The notes: generated from the sequence alone by a model not told the origin. A stretch of DNA of 63,235 nt, filler included, from Octopus bimaculoides (GCF_001194135.2; 5 parts of 5 records of this genome joined end to end with filler, not necessarily neighbours in it), one strand, 5' to 3'. Shown: positions 11,769-24,788, counted from the whole stretch's first letter. A program made the numbers and translations.

Positions 11769-12158
11769 TTGACCCACACACACATACATACACACACACA
11801 CACACGCACACATACACACACACACAAAGAAACCAATTATTATTGCTCTGCAACCAAGCAAATAAAACGCAACGTTAAATTTAACTGATATAACTATGAA
11901 AATTCCTCAAAATAATGCTAGTTTGTCTTTGTATTTTGCACATATTTTTGTTAGCAAATAATACGGCCTCCAACCGATTAGGCAAGAATTTGTTTAAATT
12001 CGGTCAGTGCTTCTTTCAGTTTTGTAATTGGTGTAATTGTTGGGGTCTTGCACCAATCCATCAAGATGTTCCTATGTATGTTCTACTGAATAATCATTTC
12101 AGAGATTCGATTCTGCAAGTTCTTTTCTAAGCTTGTGTGTATGGTATTTGAATACAGC

Positions 12159-12224
<66 letters not shown>

Positions 12225-12933
12225 CAGAGAAAAATGGCTGGTCTTATTGCAGATTCCTATATTGGAATTGAAGATTAGTAAATCCTTTTAAAGTATTTGG
12301 TAGTATTTCTGGGCCAATTAAACGATTTTCAACATAAATAAACTCTGAAACGCTTGCTATCCCCAAACAGCTTCTGACACAACGACTCTAATTTCTCCAT
12401 ATTTAACCATCACTTTTAAACAACCCGGCTTCTATATTTCAATTTTGTTGTGCCACTCCCTGAAATGTAAAATTAGCAGAATTTGCCTTCATCAGATTAT
12501 ACTTTTGTCGATGAAAACTCGTCTTCCTTGTTGCAGAATTCTTTAGTCCGGTTGAAGCTTTTGAAATCATTGACTTCTTGCAAACTTCTTTATTAAAGAC
12601 TTCTATGCAAGATCTTTCAATACTGTTCATGGGCAATATGACAACATTTCCATAGAATTTGCAGCCTCTCTAACAATTTCATGTCGACGTTTAATAGCTT
12701 CCGCTTTAACTGCCCTCTTTACCTTTTCAGAAACTTATGTGGCGTCTCATTTCTCTTCAATCGGCAATGCCTAACTTCAATCTATCTCTTAACTATGCGG
12801 TTTATTGTTTGATGATTAAAACTGAAAAATTAAACCATTTTTCAACAGGACTTCCCACATTAATACCAACTGATGGCTTACCAGCGTGTACATTCATCGA
12901 TGCCTATTTTACTCAATAGTTTTCATTGTCGTA

Positions 12934-14150
12934 TTAGGTGGGAAAGAAAGTCCTGTCGCATTTTTTTAATGTGATCACCTTGAAGGAATGTTTTAGATAC
13001 TTTCGTTGAAATAAGCATTAACTTTTACATTCTAGAGCGTTTGATTTTCTTTGCAGATTGCTTTACATCATAGTGGTTAAATTCGTATAGATTTTACATT
13101 TTTAAAAGAATTTAGGTCAGACCGTATGAATTCATAAAGGGCTCTTCATTAATGGAAGCAGCCAGAAATATTCGTTATGTGTATGAAAATGAAATTTTAA
13201 GCGCCCTGGGACGCTAATGTTGGTTTGACCAGTTTCGCTCGAGAAATGTTTCTCTCGCAATTCTGCTCAAGGATGATGTAGATTCTGTTGATATTCACAT
13301 CTGAAAATCGCAGTTGAAGGTAATCCTAAGTAAACTGCACGACAGTTAGCAAATTTGTTCGAGTCACAGCTCTATCATAAAACATCTTCATGAAGTGTCT
13401 AAACCTAATTAATGGGTCCCTCATCATTTGATTGCTTTTTAGCTTAATCAAAGAGTTGTTCTCAGCTCACCATTGAAGAATAGACTTGCTACCAAATATT
13501 TCCTGGACAGAATCATCACGTTGATGAAAAATGGATTCTCTATAATCACATCCAACGGAAATAGCAATGGCTACCACCTAAAGAAAAAGAAAAAATCTAT
13601 CTGCAAACCAGAGTACACTCGATAAGGTTCTGTTCTGTGTTTAGTGGGTTATGATGGGCGCCGTCTATCACGAAACCAAAATAAAGCTGTTAATACAGAG
13701 AAGTATTGTTGTCACTTGGATGCATTGCACAAAACTTCGCGGAGAAAGCGCTCATGATTAGCCAATCGGAAAGTGGTGTTATTCTTACACGATGAGGTAA
13801 GACCATTCATTACCCAAATCACTCAAGAAAAGAATATGGCTTTAAGTATGAAAGTTTTGCCTCTTACACTTATTTTCCTGGCTTTGATCGATTTAACTAT
13901 CATCTCAGATGATTGCAACAATATTTAGAAGGAAAACAGTTTATTAATTGTGAAGAGATTAAAAATGATATCGAGTTTCTTTGCTTTGAAATCTGAAAAC
14001 TTTTACCTCGAGGAGGTCAACAATTTACTAAATTGATGGAATTATGTTATCAATGATGGTAAAGATTATCTTGATTAAATATTAGAAGATCAAGGTAACA
14101 TTTGTTTCCTTCTCATTTTGAAATGCAACAAAACTTTCTTTCCAGCTAAA
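12934..14150 (+). mobile_element. Decayed full-span mariner element (about 1.2 kb) with both TIRs and flanking TA
   Basis: TIRs TTAGGTGGGAAAGAAAGT and ACTTTCTTTCCAGCTAAA. Frame-shifted motifs WVPH-L, FLDRIIT-DEKWILY, FLHDEVRP, LEGKQF, VINDGKDYLD*. Confidence 0.85.
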
Positions 14151-14249
14151 TATCTTTTCAAAACAAAGTTACAATTAACCCCCAAAGAAAAAATTCATGC
14201 ATGTACCTGCAAAGTTGAGAAAATATAACTAATTGGGAAACATGTAAAA

Positions 14250-15225
14250 TCCAACAAGGAGCTAAAAACTTTTCGTAAGTCAGTGTATATTTCTTGTTGA
14301 CTATGTCTAAGTAATGCGATTGATTATTTCGTCACAGCCTTCACGTATTCTAAAGTTAGTTTTTGCATTATTCTTCATTATATGTTTTTGGTAGATTCTG
14401 TGTTGCAGTAAAAATTTCAACTTTGAACCTTGCGCTTCTGAACCAGAACTAAGATTTTACTTTTTTAGATCCCTCGCCTTTTACATTGATATCCAGTTGG
14501 TTCATTGCTACTTCCTTGTCTGCATAAATCTGGATAGCCCAAATAGTCAACCCATTTTCATTTTCTACCATAGTTGTATCATTTTTATGCTACCGGGGCC
14601 CTCATCTGCTCTCAAGAAAGGCAAGCAGTAACCTCGTAATGTTTTCTAATATATTCTGACGTGGCCAGTGTGGGACTTCCTTCCAGTATGCGATCGACTG
14701 TATTATCAAACAGCTCAGGCGTACTGCATCCCGGCTTGTGCCACCGTGCTTTAGAATAATGGTGTATCTGACAATATCTCGTTCGGTTCATCAGTCCAGA
14801 GCCACAACTATCAGATTTTCAGTGCTATTTTCTGGATCTTATATATATTCGTTAGTCCTGGTGTTTTGGTTGTACATTTGTCTGAATGCTTTTTAATCAT
14901 ACCTAATGCAACTATTATTATAGGGATTATTTCTGTTTTTTGGTTCCACATTCACCTCATCTCTACTTCAGATTTTGTTATTTTGAGAGTTTCTCTGTTT
15001 GTTTTAGTGATACATTGTCATCTGTTGGGATTCATATATCGATTAGAAGGCATTTTTTCTTGGTGATATATGACAACTGTATCCAGTCTATTACCCTTAA
15101 TTTCTCTATCTGTGTGTATTGGCATATCCCAGAGTATGGCTGTTTTGTCATTTTCTGAGAGTTTTTCTGGGGTGTGATCCTATAGTGGTTACTTTAGGAT
15201 AGTTTTCTAGTTGTATAATGCCCCT
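14250..15225 (-). mobile_element. Two head-to-tail R4/Dong 3' fragments: 14815-15225 (subfamily B) and an older piece at 14250-14815
   Basis: ILWDMPIHTDREIKGNR...IIPIIIVALGMIKKHSDKCTTKTPGLTNIYKIQKIAL; older piece TVDRILEGSPTLATSEYIRKH and VENENGLTIW. Confidence 0.75.
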
Positions 15226-15227
15226 AT

Positions 15228-15306
15228 TCTTCTTCTTCTTCTTCTTCTTCTTCTTCTTCTTCTTCTTCTTCTTCTTCTTCTTCTTCTTCTTCTTCTTCTT
15301 CTTCTT
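15228..15306 (+). repeat. (TTC)n microsatellite
   Basis: Direct inspection. Confidence 0.95.
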
Positions 15307-17167
15307 NNNNNNNNNNNNNNNNNNNNNNNNNNNNNNNNNNNNNNNNNNNNNNNNNNNNNNNNNNNNNNNNNNNNNNNNNNNNNNNNNNNNNNNNNNNNNN
15401 NNNNNNNNNNNNNNNNNNNNNNNNNNNNNNNNNNNNNNNNNNNNNNNNNNNNNNNNNNNNNNNNNNNNNNNNNNNNNNNNNNNNNNNNNNNNNNNNNNNN
15501 NNNNNNNNNNNNNNNNNNNNNNNNNNNNNNNNNNNNNNNNNNNNNNNNNNNNNNNNNNNNNNNNNNNNNNNNNNNNNNNNNNNNNNNNNNNNNNNNNNNN
15601 NNNNNNNNNNNNNNNNNNNNNNNNNNNNNNNNNNNNNNNNNNNNNNNNNNNNNNNNNNNNNNNNNNNNNNNNNNNNNNNNNNNNNNNNNNNNNNNNNNNN
15701 NNNNNNNNNNNNNNNNNNNNNNNNNNNNNNNNNNNNNNNNNNNNNNNNNNNNNNNNNNNNNNNNNNNNNNNNNNNNNNNNNNNNNNNNNNNNNNNNNNNN
15801 NNNNNNNNNNNNNNNNNNNNNNNNNNNNNNNNNNNNNNNNNNNNNNNNNNNNNNNNNNNNNNNNNNNNNNNNNNNNNNNNNNNNNNNNNNNNNNNNNNNN
15901 NNNNNNNNNNNNNNNNNNNNNNNNNNNNNNNNNNNNNNNNNNNNNNNNNNNNNNNNNNNNNNNNNNNNNNNNNNNNNNNNNNNNNNNNNNNNNNNNNNNN
16001 NNNNNNNNNNNNNNNNNNNNNNNNNNNNNNNNNNNNNNNNNNNNNNNNNNNNNNNNNNNNNNNNNNNNNNNNNNNNNNNNNNNNNNNNNNNNNNNNNNNN
16101 NNNNNNNNNNNNNNNNNNNNNNNNNNNNNNNNNNNNNNNNNNNNNNNNNNNNNNNNNNNNNNNNNNNNNNNNNNNNNNNNNNNNNNNNNNNNNNNNNNNN
16201 NNNNNNNNNNNNNNNNNNNNNNNNNNNNNNNNNNNNNNNNNNNNNNNNNNNNNNNNNNNNNNNNNNNNNNNNNNNNNNNNNNNNNNNNNNNNNNNNNNNN
16301 NNTGTTTCCGTGTGCGCGTGTGTGTATATTTTTTGTGCGTGCGTGTATGTGTATATTGTGTATGTTTTCGTGCGTGCGTGTGTGTTATGTATGTGAGTGA
16401 GTATTGTGTATGTGAGAGGTGTGTGTGCGTGTGTGCATGTGTGTATATGTGTATGTGTGCATGTGTGTATATGTGTATGTGTGTTGTGTATGTGTGTGTG
16501 TGTGTGGTTTTATGTATGTGAGAGGTGTGTATGTGTGTGCTTATGTGTGTACGTGCGTATGTGTGCCAGGCATGTGTGTTATTTTGTGTGTGCACTCCTG
16601 TGTTTATGTGTGTGCATGTGTATGCGGCTGTGTATGTAGGCGTGCGCGTATATATGGGTTAGGGTTATTCAAATAAACCAGCAATTCAAATAAACGAATA
16701 AAAAAGGAAAAGAAAAAGAGAGAAAAGAAAGACAAAAAGAAGAAAATCAAAGAACGTGAGAACGTGAACAAGCAGTATATTAGCTTGACGCTCGGTGAAA
16801 GGAGGGGAATAAATCACCAACAGCCATATATACTTCCTCTTCTCCTCGTCTTGCTTCTCTTTCTCTCTCACTGAGTGTGTATGAGTGTGTGCATGTGCGT
16901 GTGCGCGGGCCTGTATCATCTATTTACTCATTGCTTGCAACCAAGCGCAATATGCGCAGTCATCCTGCGTTCACTTTATAGAATGTGTACTTCTCTCTCT
17001 ATATTATGTAAAGCTTGACTTGGCAAATCAACTAACAAAACAACCAATATATATATATATAAATGTGTGTGTTTGTGTGTGTGTGTATATATATATATAT
17101 AATACAAATAATATGTGATTATATGCATATATACGTACATGTATGTACATACCTACATCTACATGTA

Positions 17168-17600
17168 AATATAGATGCATATCTGGGTACATGACTTCAC
17201 AAAAAAACGTGGACAAAATGAAAAACAGAACATAAACAGAGTACAGAAAACACACAGGCCATATAGAGAACATTTCCTTCATTAGCTGCCACCATTCTAA
17301 AACTAAGCGTTTCGAAGAGTTAGGGCAGGACGCATTGTTAGAATGGCTCTTCCCGCGGAAACAAATTAAATTTGTAATGCGGAGGAATATCGTGGCGAAC
17401 AGAAAACATGACAAGAAAACGAAACGGCGAAACTGACCAAGAAGGGCTAGTAGGGCCAGACGTGAAAAAAAAATATATATGTATACTGAACGCTGTGATG
17501 AGACGAACTGAAATGGAGAGAGAAGAAGTTCGTGCTGGCTTGGCAATGGCCAAGATAAGATAAGAAAGGAGCCAGTAGCCGGACACATGTGACCAGCGAG
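17168..17600 (+). mobile_element. Dispersed repeat starting in AT-dinucleotide context; other copies at 19420-19800 (-) and 58680-58745 (+); possibly Penelope-associated
   Basis: Shared start ATAGATGCATATCyGGGTACAkGACkTCA(n)AAAAAACGTGGACAAAA. Confidence 0.6.
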
Positions 17601-18226
17601 GGGTGAGGAGAAAAACAAATATATGTATGTATGTTTATACATGTATGGATATATGTATATGTACGTATATGTATGAGTATATATATATGTGTGTGTTTGG
17701 GGTGTGTGGGTATGTGTATAAAGCATACACCGAAGAAAAGGTACACGCTGTATAGATTTATAAACATCGGTGTACTCTACATAAGAAGTGCAATGAAAAA
17801 AACCCCCAAAAAGATAACAGTAGAACAAAATAACAAGCTTTGCAATAATGACACAGATTAAATCCAGGGAACTATCGAAGCGGAATTATCTAAGGAAGAC
17901 CTAGAAAGTAAAAATTCTCAGAATAGACCAATAGAACAAAAGATATTGTTGGTATCTTTAATCCTCAGACTGAAAAGAAGACGCGTAAATTGCTCTTAGT
18001 GTTTCTCTTCTAACAACCTACTTAACTATCAACAATGAAACATCACATCAAACTAGTTTCTTTCTCGATTAAAGCCTATAGAATTTGTGTGTTTGTTTAT
18101 ATTTCCGTGTTAGTGCCTCCATATGTGTTGTTAGCTGTATGAATAGTGTGACTATATACACTCACATTATGTACACAAATAAATGTATGTGTATGTATGT
18201 AGTGTGTGCGCCTGTGTATGTATGTA

Positions 18227-18264
<38 letters not shown>

Positions 18265-18401
18265 CGTACATATGAGTGTGAGTTTTTTTTAATGTCCGTG
18301 AATTTGTTCGTTATCTCTGTGTGTGTGTTTATGTATGTGTGTTCGGACATAGACGTCTATGTATGATTGATTATGCATGCATGTATGTATGCATGAATGT
18401 T

Positions 18402-18464
<63 letters not shown>

Positions 18465-18997
18465 GTCTGTCTGTCTGTCTGTCTGCCCGTCTCTCTGTCT
18501 GTTTACATACAAACATATCTANNNNNNNNNNNNNNNNNNNNNNNNNNNNNNNNNNNNNNNNNNNNNNNNNNNNNNNNNNNNNNNNNNNNNNNNNNNNNNN
18601 NNNNNNNNNNNNNNNNNNNNNNNNNNNNNNNNNNNNNNNNNNNNNNNNNNNNNNNNNNNNNNNNNNNNNNNNNNNNNNNNNNNNNNNNNNNNNNNNNNNN
18701 NNNNNNNNNNNNNNNNNNNNNNNNNNNNNNNNNNNNNNNNNNNNNNNNNNNNNNNNNNNNNNNNNNNNNNNNNNNNNNNNNNNNNNNNNNNNNNNNNNNN
18801 NNNNNNNNNNNNNNNNNNNNNNNNNNNNNNNNNNNNNNNNNNNNNNNNNNNNNNNNNNNNNNNNNNNNNNNNNNNNNNNNNNNNNNNNNNNNNNNNNNNN
18901 NNNNNNNNNNNNNNNNNNNNNNNNNNNNNNNNNNNNNNNNNNNNNNNNNNNNNNNNNNNNNNNNNNNNNNNNNNNNNNNNNNNNNNNNNNNNNNNNN

Positions 18998-19037
18998 TGG
19001 GTTCTCATTCCTAAGATATTATTATTATTATTATTAC

Positions 19038-19106
<69 letters not shown>

Positions 19107-19355
19107 CATTATCCGAGTTCGATTCCAGGCAGTGACCTGAATAATAATAATAATAACAATTATAATAATAATATTAATAATGATAATATCAAAAAATACC
19201 TGGGAATGAGAACCCAGTTTCAAAATTTCCTCAAGAAACCTGATGAAGACTGGAGGGTATATCAGCCGAAAAGTTATGTTAACAACAAACAAGATGAGGA
19301 CAAATATCCGTCAAATGTAAATAATGCACATAATTCCTCATCTCTTAAATATAGA
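18998..19355 (+). mobile_element. Second copy of the hammerhead-bearing SINE-like element (19105-19355), preceded by an inverted partial copy (18998-19105)
   Basis: CCGAGTTCGATTCCAGGCAGTGACCTG(AAT)n ... CTGATGA-A-GACTG-gagggtatat-CAGCC-GAAA at 19240-19271. Left arm TGGGTTCTCATTCC mirrors GGAATGAGAACCCA. Confidence 0.8.
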
Positions 19356-19934
19356 AATGCATATATATATATTTATATATATTTCTTCTTACAATACAAG
19401 TGACAGCACGCATTTTGTCTGTGTCCTGTCAAAGCTTGTTTCTCCAGTGTTCACCACTTCACCTTGATATGGCTTATCAACCCTTACTGTTTGTTTTAAC
19501 TGACCTGTTTTTGTGACCAACTTTAACTCTCCGCAAATCCCAAATTTTAATTAATTTGCTTTGCGGGAACGACTGTTTTGACGAAGACGCATCTTGTTCT
19601 AACGTTCGAAATGCGGAGTAGATAAAACAGTGAACAACAGTAGAAGGGATTGTTCTTTATGTTGCCTGTCTCGCTTTTGTATTTGTTTCTTTCGTTGTTC
19701 GAAAAAAAGTTCATTTTCCATGTTTTTGCTTTTCATGTTCTCGTTTTTCATGTTCTTCACGTTTTTTGACGTCCTGTATCTATATATGCATATGTATATA
19801 CATANNNNNNNNNNNNNNNNNNNNNNNNNNNNNNNNNNNNNNNNNNNNTTAATTAATTAANNNNNNNNNNNNNNNNNNNNNNNNNNNNNNNNNNNNNNNN
19901 NNNNTACATCTGTTCTTGATTCGGGGTCACCAGT

Positions 19935-20380
19935 TGTAGGGAAGTGGTTATACACCATTAGGTGTATTCCAATTCCGTACATTAAATTTCTTAAGGAAGA
20001 AAACGGAACGCAGGCTCTAAACTAACAACACAACAATATTTTTATTACAGTAGAATTCTGCTCACACTAGGAGGGAATTCGGTAGCATGTCGCCCTTTGG
20101 TTAGATGAGACGCCGTTAATGAAGTTGCATGGTTAGAAGTCATTTTTCTCCTCTCTGGTTATCTGTGTAACTCCAGTGTATAGTTGTCGGAGAGCTGCTA
20201 CTGTGACGTTTAGCTTCCACGAAGGTCAGCGAGCAAAGAGATCGAAAATGCGCGGGAACGCTTGGATATGGATGACTACGCATGCGCCTGAGACTCTTCC
20301 TGTATTCCTTCCGGAACTAGTCCCTGCGCATGCGTGGATAAACTCTCCATAAATGGTGATTGATATTAGGCGCCACTACA
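19935..20380 (-). mobile_element. LTR (446 bp, TGTAG...CTACA) followed by a tRNA-Trp primer-binding site at 19921-19932
   Basis: Minus strand starts TGTAGTGG and ends CCCTACA, then ac-TGGTGACCCCGA, complementary to the tRNA-Trp 3' end. The internal region runs into the gap. Confidence 0.8.
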
Positions 20381-20737
20381 ACTCTTAATCGTCTTAAGGA
20401 GGGTTACATCGAACAGTATGTACAAAACTCTAGAAAACGACGGGATGATCACAGCGGGAAAAAAAATTGCAACCTAGAGACCGCGTCCCTGATTATCAAT
20501 CACTGAGAGCCACTAGAACATAACTTATTAAAACACGCAAAAATATATAACACAAAGAAATACACAATAATTACACAGTTATTGCCATGTAATTATCACA
20601 TAGAGTGCACCTTCCCCAGTATTTTGTAACTGACATATTGTTGTTACTATAGTTATATAGGACAGCATATTAACACCAACATTTAATTACTGTACAAAAA
20701 ACAACAGCCATATATTACAGTAGCTTCGAATTATTTC

Positions 20738-20814
<77 letters not shown>

Positions 20815-21011
20815 CAAATCATTATATCAGTCATGCAAATAGCTACACAACATGTTATTAACACCTACATGCATATTGCTGCTGCAGCATGTTATTACCA
20901 AACTCTACATTCTGACAACAGACAGGCGATAGAAAAATTTTATTGAAATCAAGAGACAGTAAAATGAACACCTACATGTAACAGACTTACATGTTATTAA
21001 AAACAATACAC

Positions 21012-21168
21012 AGGCGCGGTCCCAGGAATTTTTCGAAGGGAGGGCACACGGTCGGAAGGGAATACAATTCCAGAAGAAAAAGGCGTAATAACATTAGTTA
21101 GAAGGGCGCACTTTTTTCTTGAGGGGTGCACGTGCCCCTCAGTCCCCCCTCCCTTGGGTCTGGCCCTG
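21012..21168. mobile_element. GC-rich MITE-like insertion (about 157 bp)
   Basis: Imperfect termini CAGGCGCGGTCCCAGG / CCTTGGGTCTGGCCCTG; GC-rich island in an AT-rich context. Confidence 0.55.
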
Positions 21169-21859
21169 ATACATGTAATACAGGCATATAATACATGTAA
21201 TTCAGAAACAACAGCTGCAACAACTCAGCAACAACAGTGAATGCTGTATATTATACAACTGACGCGTAACAGACAAAAACTTACCTGTAACCACCTGATG
21301 TTGCTTCTGTGTTACATGTTGCTGTTGTCTCTGTTAGTGACGTGTTCGAGCAAGGCTGATCTGAAACCTCACAACAGTGGCATATAATAAAGAAACAACA
21401 AGAACATGTAAGAGAGGCAAACGAGAATACAAGACAAAGAGGACAAATCTGACAGATTCAACAGTTACATGTATCGAAGAAAAAAGTTACCTCTAGCAAA
21501 GAGACTACTCGCTGCCTTTATTTAACACGTAAATTACATTTAAAAAACAGTTCAGTGTAACAGTGGGGGTCGATATCTATATGTAATACATGTAACACAA
21601 TTGCAAGTTCTGCTTCAAAGGAATTTAACATCTAAGATCCTGCAATTAGTGACGTATCGATTTTACTTCCAGCAGCAATATAGTGGAAACGGTTAATCAT
21701 TTTTTCCAAACCATTACTCCAATTCCCTCCCCAGTAAACACCCCTTTTGATCATAGGTCTATGCAAATGGCTGACTTTGGGGAAACAACAATAATATCAA
21801 CCGTATCTGGTGTGAGAATTCCCTGATTATGTCGTGCGCCTGTGAATTCCAGCTGTCTT

Positions 21860-23890
21860 TCGTTTATGGGACCTGATATCCCTATCTCAACAGAGTGCAT
21901 CGATAGGAGTATCTATGATTTGCATTTGACCAAAATTCACTATTTCCACCTGGCCCGTATGCACAAGAAACATCTTGTGCTCCACCTTTCGAGCATCTCT
22001 CTCAGCTGCTCTGAGCGAAAAAACTGCACTGTTATCCATCAACAGCTCGTCTACAGGCCCCCTTTCCAAGAACACATTCTGCGATTTCGGCAGCAGTCTC
22101 CACCCTGATTTTTCTCCATATAGCCATTCGCTCCTGTCCACAGTCGACCACTGAAAGTATATCTTTCCCCCGATAGTGCGTCGCGTCAATGGCTAGTCAC
22201 TTCTAGTCTTCCTCTACCTGAATCTTTCCTGGTTCGTGTGCGTTCGGGGCATGATCGATCGATTGGTACCTGTTGCAATTCCCCACTGTCTTTCAAACGC
22301 TCTCCCTGGTGACATCGGGGTCGACATTCCTCGCCAAAACAAACGTCCTGTCGACTTCCACGTGGTGCATTTTGTGCAGTCTCTTTAGCTCTGTGCCCTC
22401 CAGCCGACATATCGCTGCAACCCCACTCGGAAATCCTCTGTTTCCAACCAATGCCTTTTCACTCTGTTTAGAACGTCCGCCTTATTCTTGTCTGAGGGCA
22501 TGAACACCACATGCAGCTCCAGGACAAACTCGACAGTTAGCTCCCTCAGGATTCTCAGGCAACGTTTAATCACCATTTCCGCGGTCCCTTTCGTGCAGAT
22601 CCTCTTCCGGTTATTGATCACTAACTCTTCCCACTCTCGCACTGTGGCAGAATCAGTCCGGCTCTCGACGATTACTCCCAATGCTATGCTGCTTGTGTCG
22701 CACCACACGGTCCCTTTCTTTGTATCAGGCACGTACCAGCTACCCTTCACTGGGTGTCCCGCTCGTACTTTCTCCAAGACCACTCGCATCATCACCATCC
22801 TCTTCTCTCCCACTTTATCACCCCAGTTCACTCCTTCTGCTTGCGTTTTGACATAGCTACATGCTGTCCGGAGCCATCCTGCGACAGGATAGTTACCCAC
22901 CAACTTCCCACACTTTGAGAACAGCTCTCACCTATTCATATTCTGATTTAGGTCCGGGATCTCGTTTCCTCTGTGAAATACAAGCTTACCCACTTTGTCT
23001 CTTTCGAGCCGGAGTCCTAGCGCAGTACCTCCTGCTATAGCCTCTGTTGGTTTTGTAGTTAGCTCGAACCTCCTAAGATGGTCCACGATTTCCTCTTCTA
23101 CATTCTCATCTACCAAGATATCAACGATATATGAGCTGATAGCCTGCTTCACTTTGGCCTCTTCGCCCAAAACCGCTTTGAGGACTTTCACCATGATCTT
23201 CGGCGCCGAAACCCAGTCAAGCCAAGCAGTTCGTTCTGCCCCTGTACCGCACTAGTTGGTACTTCCACAACTTCTCTGATACATAGAGCTGCAGATAGGT
23301 CGACTTGAGGTTGAAGATCGTAGTCGCCACCCTCATTCGCCTCCACTCACCCCTGTCCTATCAACCGTCACACCTCCTAATCGAATGATCATGTCTATTC
23401 CAACCACTACGTCGACGCCGTCCACCATCTCATCAACTACAATCACCTGCAGCCTCAACACGGACCCCTGTATCTCCATTTCCATGTCGCTGACACCCCT
23501 ATATTTGACCCCTGCATCGCCATTTCCACGTCGCTGATGCCCCTACATTTGACTTCCCTACCATCTACCGCTCTGAGCCTGGTGTTTCCTCTCCAGCTGT
23601 CGACCATTCTTGCGGTCACCAGGGTTGTTGTGCAACCCGTATCCACAAGGGATCGTGCTTCCCTCGCCCCGACCATAAGCCACACTCCAGGCAACGTTCA
23701 ATTTGTCGTGGAGGGAACTAGCGGTGCAGTAGTACCCCTTTGTTCGTTTCCCTTCTTGCAGTTATTCGCTATGGGCCCAAGGTGGCTGCATCAGAAACAC
23801 ATCACCATTGGCTTTATTCAGGCCATCATATCTCCTTCCCCAATGAACGGTCTCAACACATCACCACCGACTCTGATTTTTCTGACCATT
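21860..23890 (-). mobile_element. Decayed Gypsy-type LTR retrotransposon internal region (gag knuckle, protease, RT, RNase H, integrase)
   Basis: CF*CSHLGPIANNC knuckle remnant, LVDTGC protease, SYIVDILVD (YxDD site), WCDTSSIALG and KNKADVL RNase H, integrase GPVDELLMDNS. Domain order PR-RT-RH-IN. Confidence 0.85.
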
Positions 23891-24631
23891 ACAAAAAAAC
23901 AAAACAAAAAAAACCAATAACAAGAGCGACAGAAAATGTAAAAAAAAACAATTCTCGGACGTATCCTCACGGCTGGTAACAACGTGCCGAAATAGCTTGT
24001 GGTTTGAAGGCACGTAAATAAAGTCATTCTTACCTCGACTTGCAATCGGGTACCGCCGGCAGATTGCTCAATTCTTAATACGTGTTGTCACGACCTCTCT
24101 ATCGCCACGTCTCGCCTCTGTCGCAAATAGCATGAAAATGAAGGAGACTTTTCTTCTTACTCGCCAACATAACATCATCTTCCTTCCACCACAGTCCGCA
24201 CACCCTACGTTATGCCATTGCAGTTAAGTCAATGTGAATCGATTTCACTCTAAGGATCTCTGTTAGGTTACCAGCGACTACAACCAAAAGTTCAACCTTC
24301 TTTGTTAGAAAATACTGTAGCACCTAACATTCGTTGACCCTCTCCAATGTTATTCTACATCTGATACGCTACACTTACTTACACATCCTGGACAAACCCA
24401 TCCTACTGATTGACAAAACACTTCAACCACTACGGACAAACAGTCGCTCCATCCTGTTTTTCTACTGCTACTACAATGACTATTTCTCTTTCTCAGAAAA
24501 AGAACCAGTGATCAATATTCTACCATTTATACAAGACTATATGATTTCGCCGTGACGATTGGCGAGATGATCAAATTTCTTCTGACATTCAACTTAGTTC
24601 GTTCTCCATAACATCAGATCTCTCTTTCCTT

Positions 24632-24700
<69 letters not shown>

Positions 24701-24702
<2 letters not shown>

Positions 24703-24788
24703 GGGTTGATTACTACCTAGCTCAGATACCAGGAAACCCCAAAATGGCTGAAGTTCAAAAGATAGTGCTCATGGGAACTGCCCATATC
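24701..24788 (+). mobile_element. R4/Dong subfamily A 3' fragment directly after (AAT)n, running into a gap
   Basis: Nearly identical to 1204-1290 (DYYLAQIPGNPKMAEVQKIVLMGTAHI). Confidence 0.85.

Noticed and set aside
12485-12505. CTGATGAAGGC on the minus strand; similar CTGATGA at about 14790 and 43679
   Set aside because: No correctly placed GAAA or closing stem II, so not called hammerheads.
11900-12720. Protein-like minus-strand reading (NLQNRISEMIIQ...LMDWCKTP; EAIKRRHEIVREAANSM)
   Set aside because: Multiple stops and frameshifts and no motif I can assign. Possibly an old transposon; needs tBLASTx.
19849-19860. TTAATTAATTAA islands inside N runs (also 41269-41280, 54491-54502, 59889-59900)
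   Set aside because: Identical 12-mer with stops in all six frames, centred in gaps of about 100 bp. It is a scaffolding spacer.
24200-24290. Possible PBS and LTR for the Gypsy internal region
   Set aside because: TGGCATAACG matches no tRNA 3' end I can name, and no second LTR copy exists in the window.
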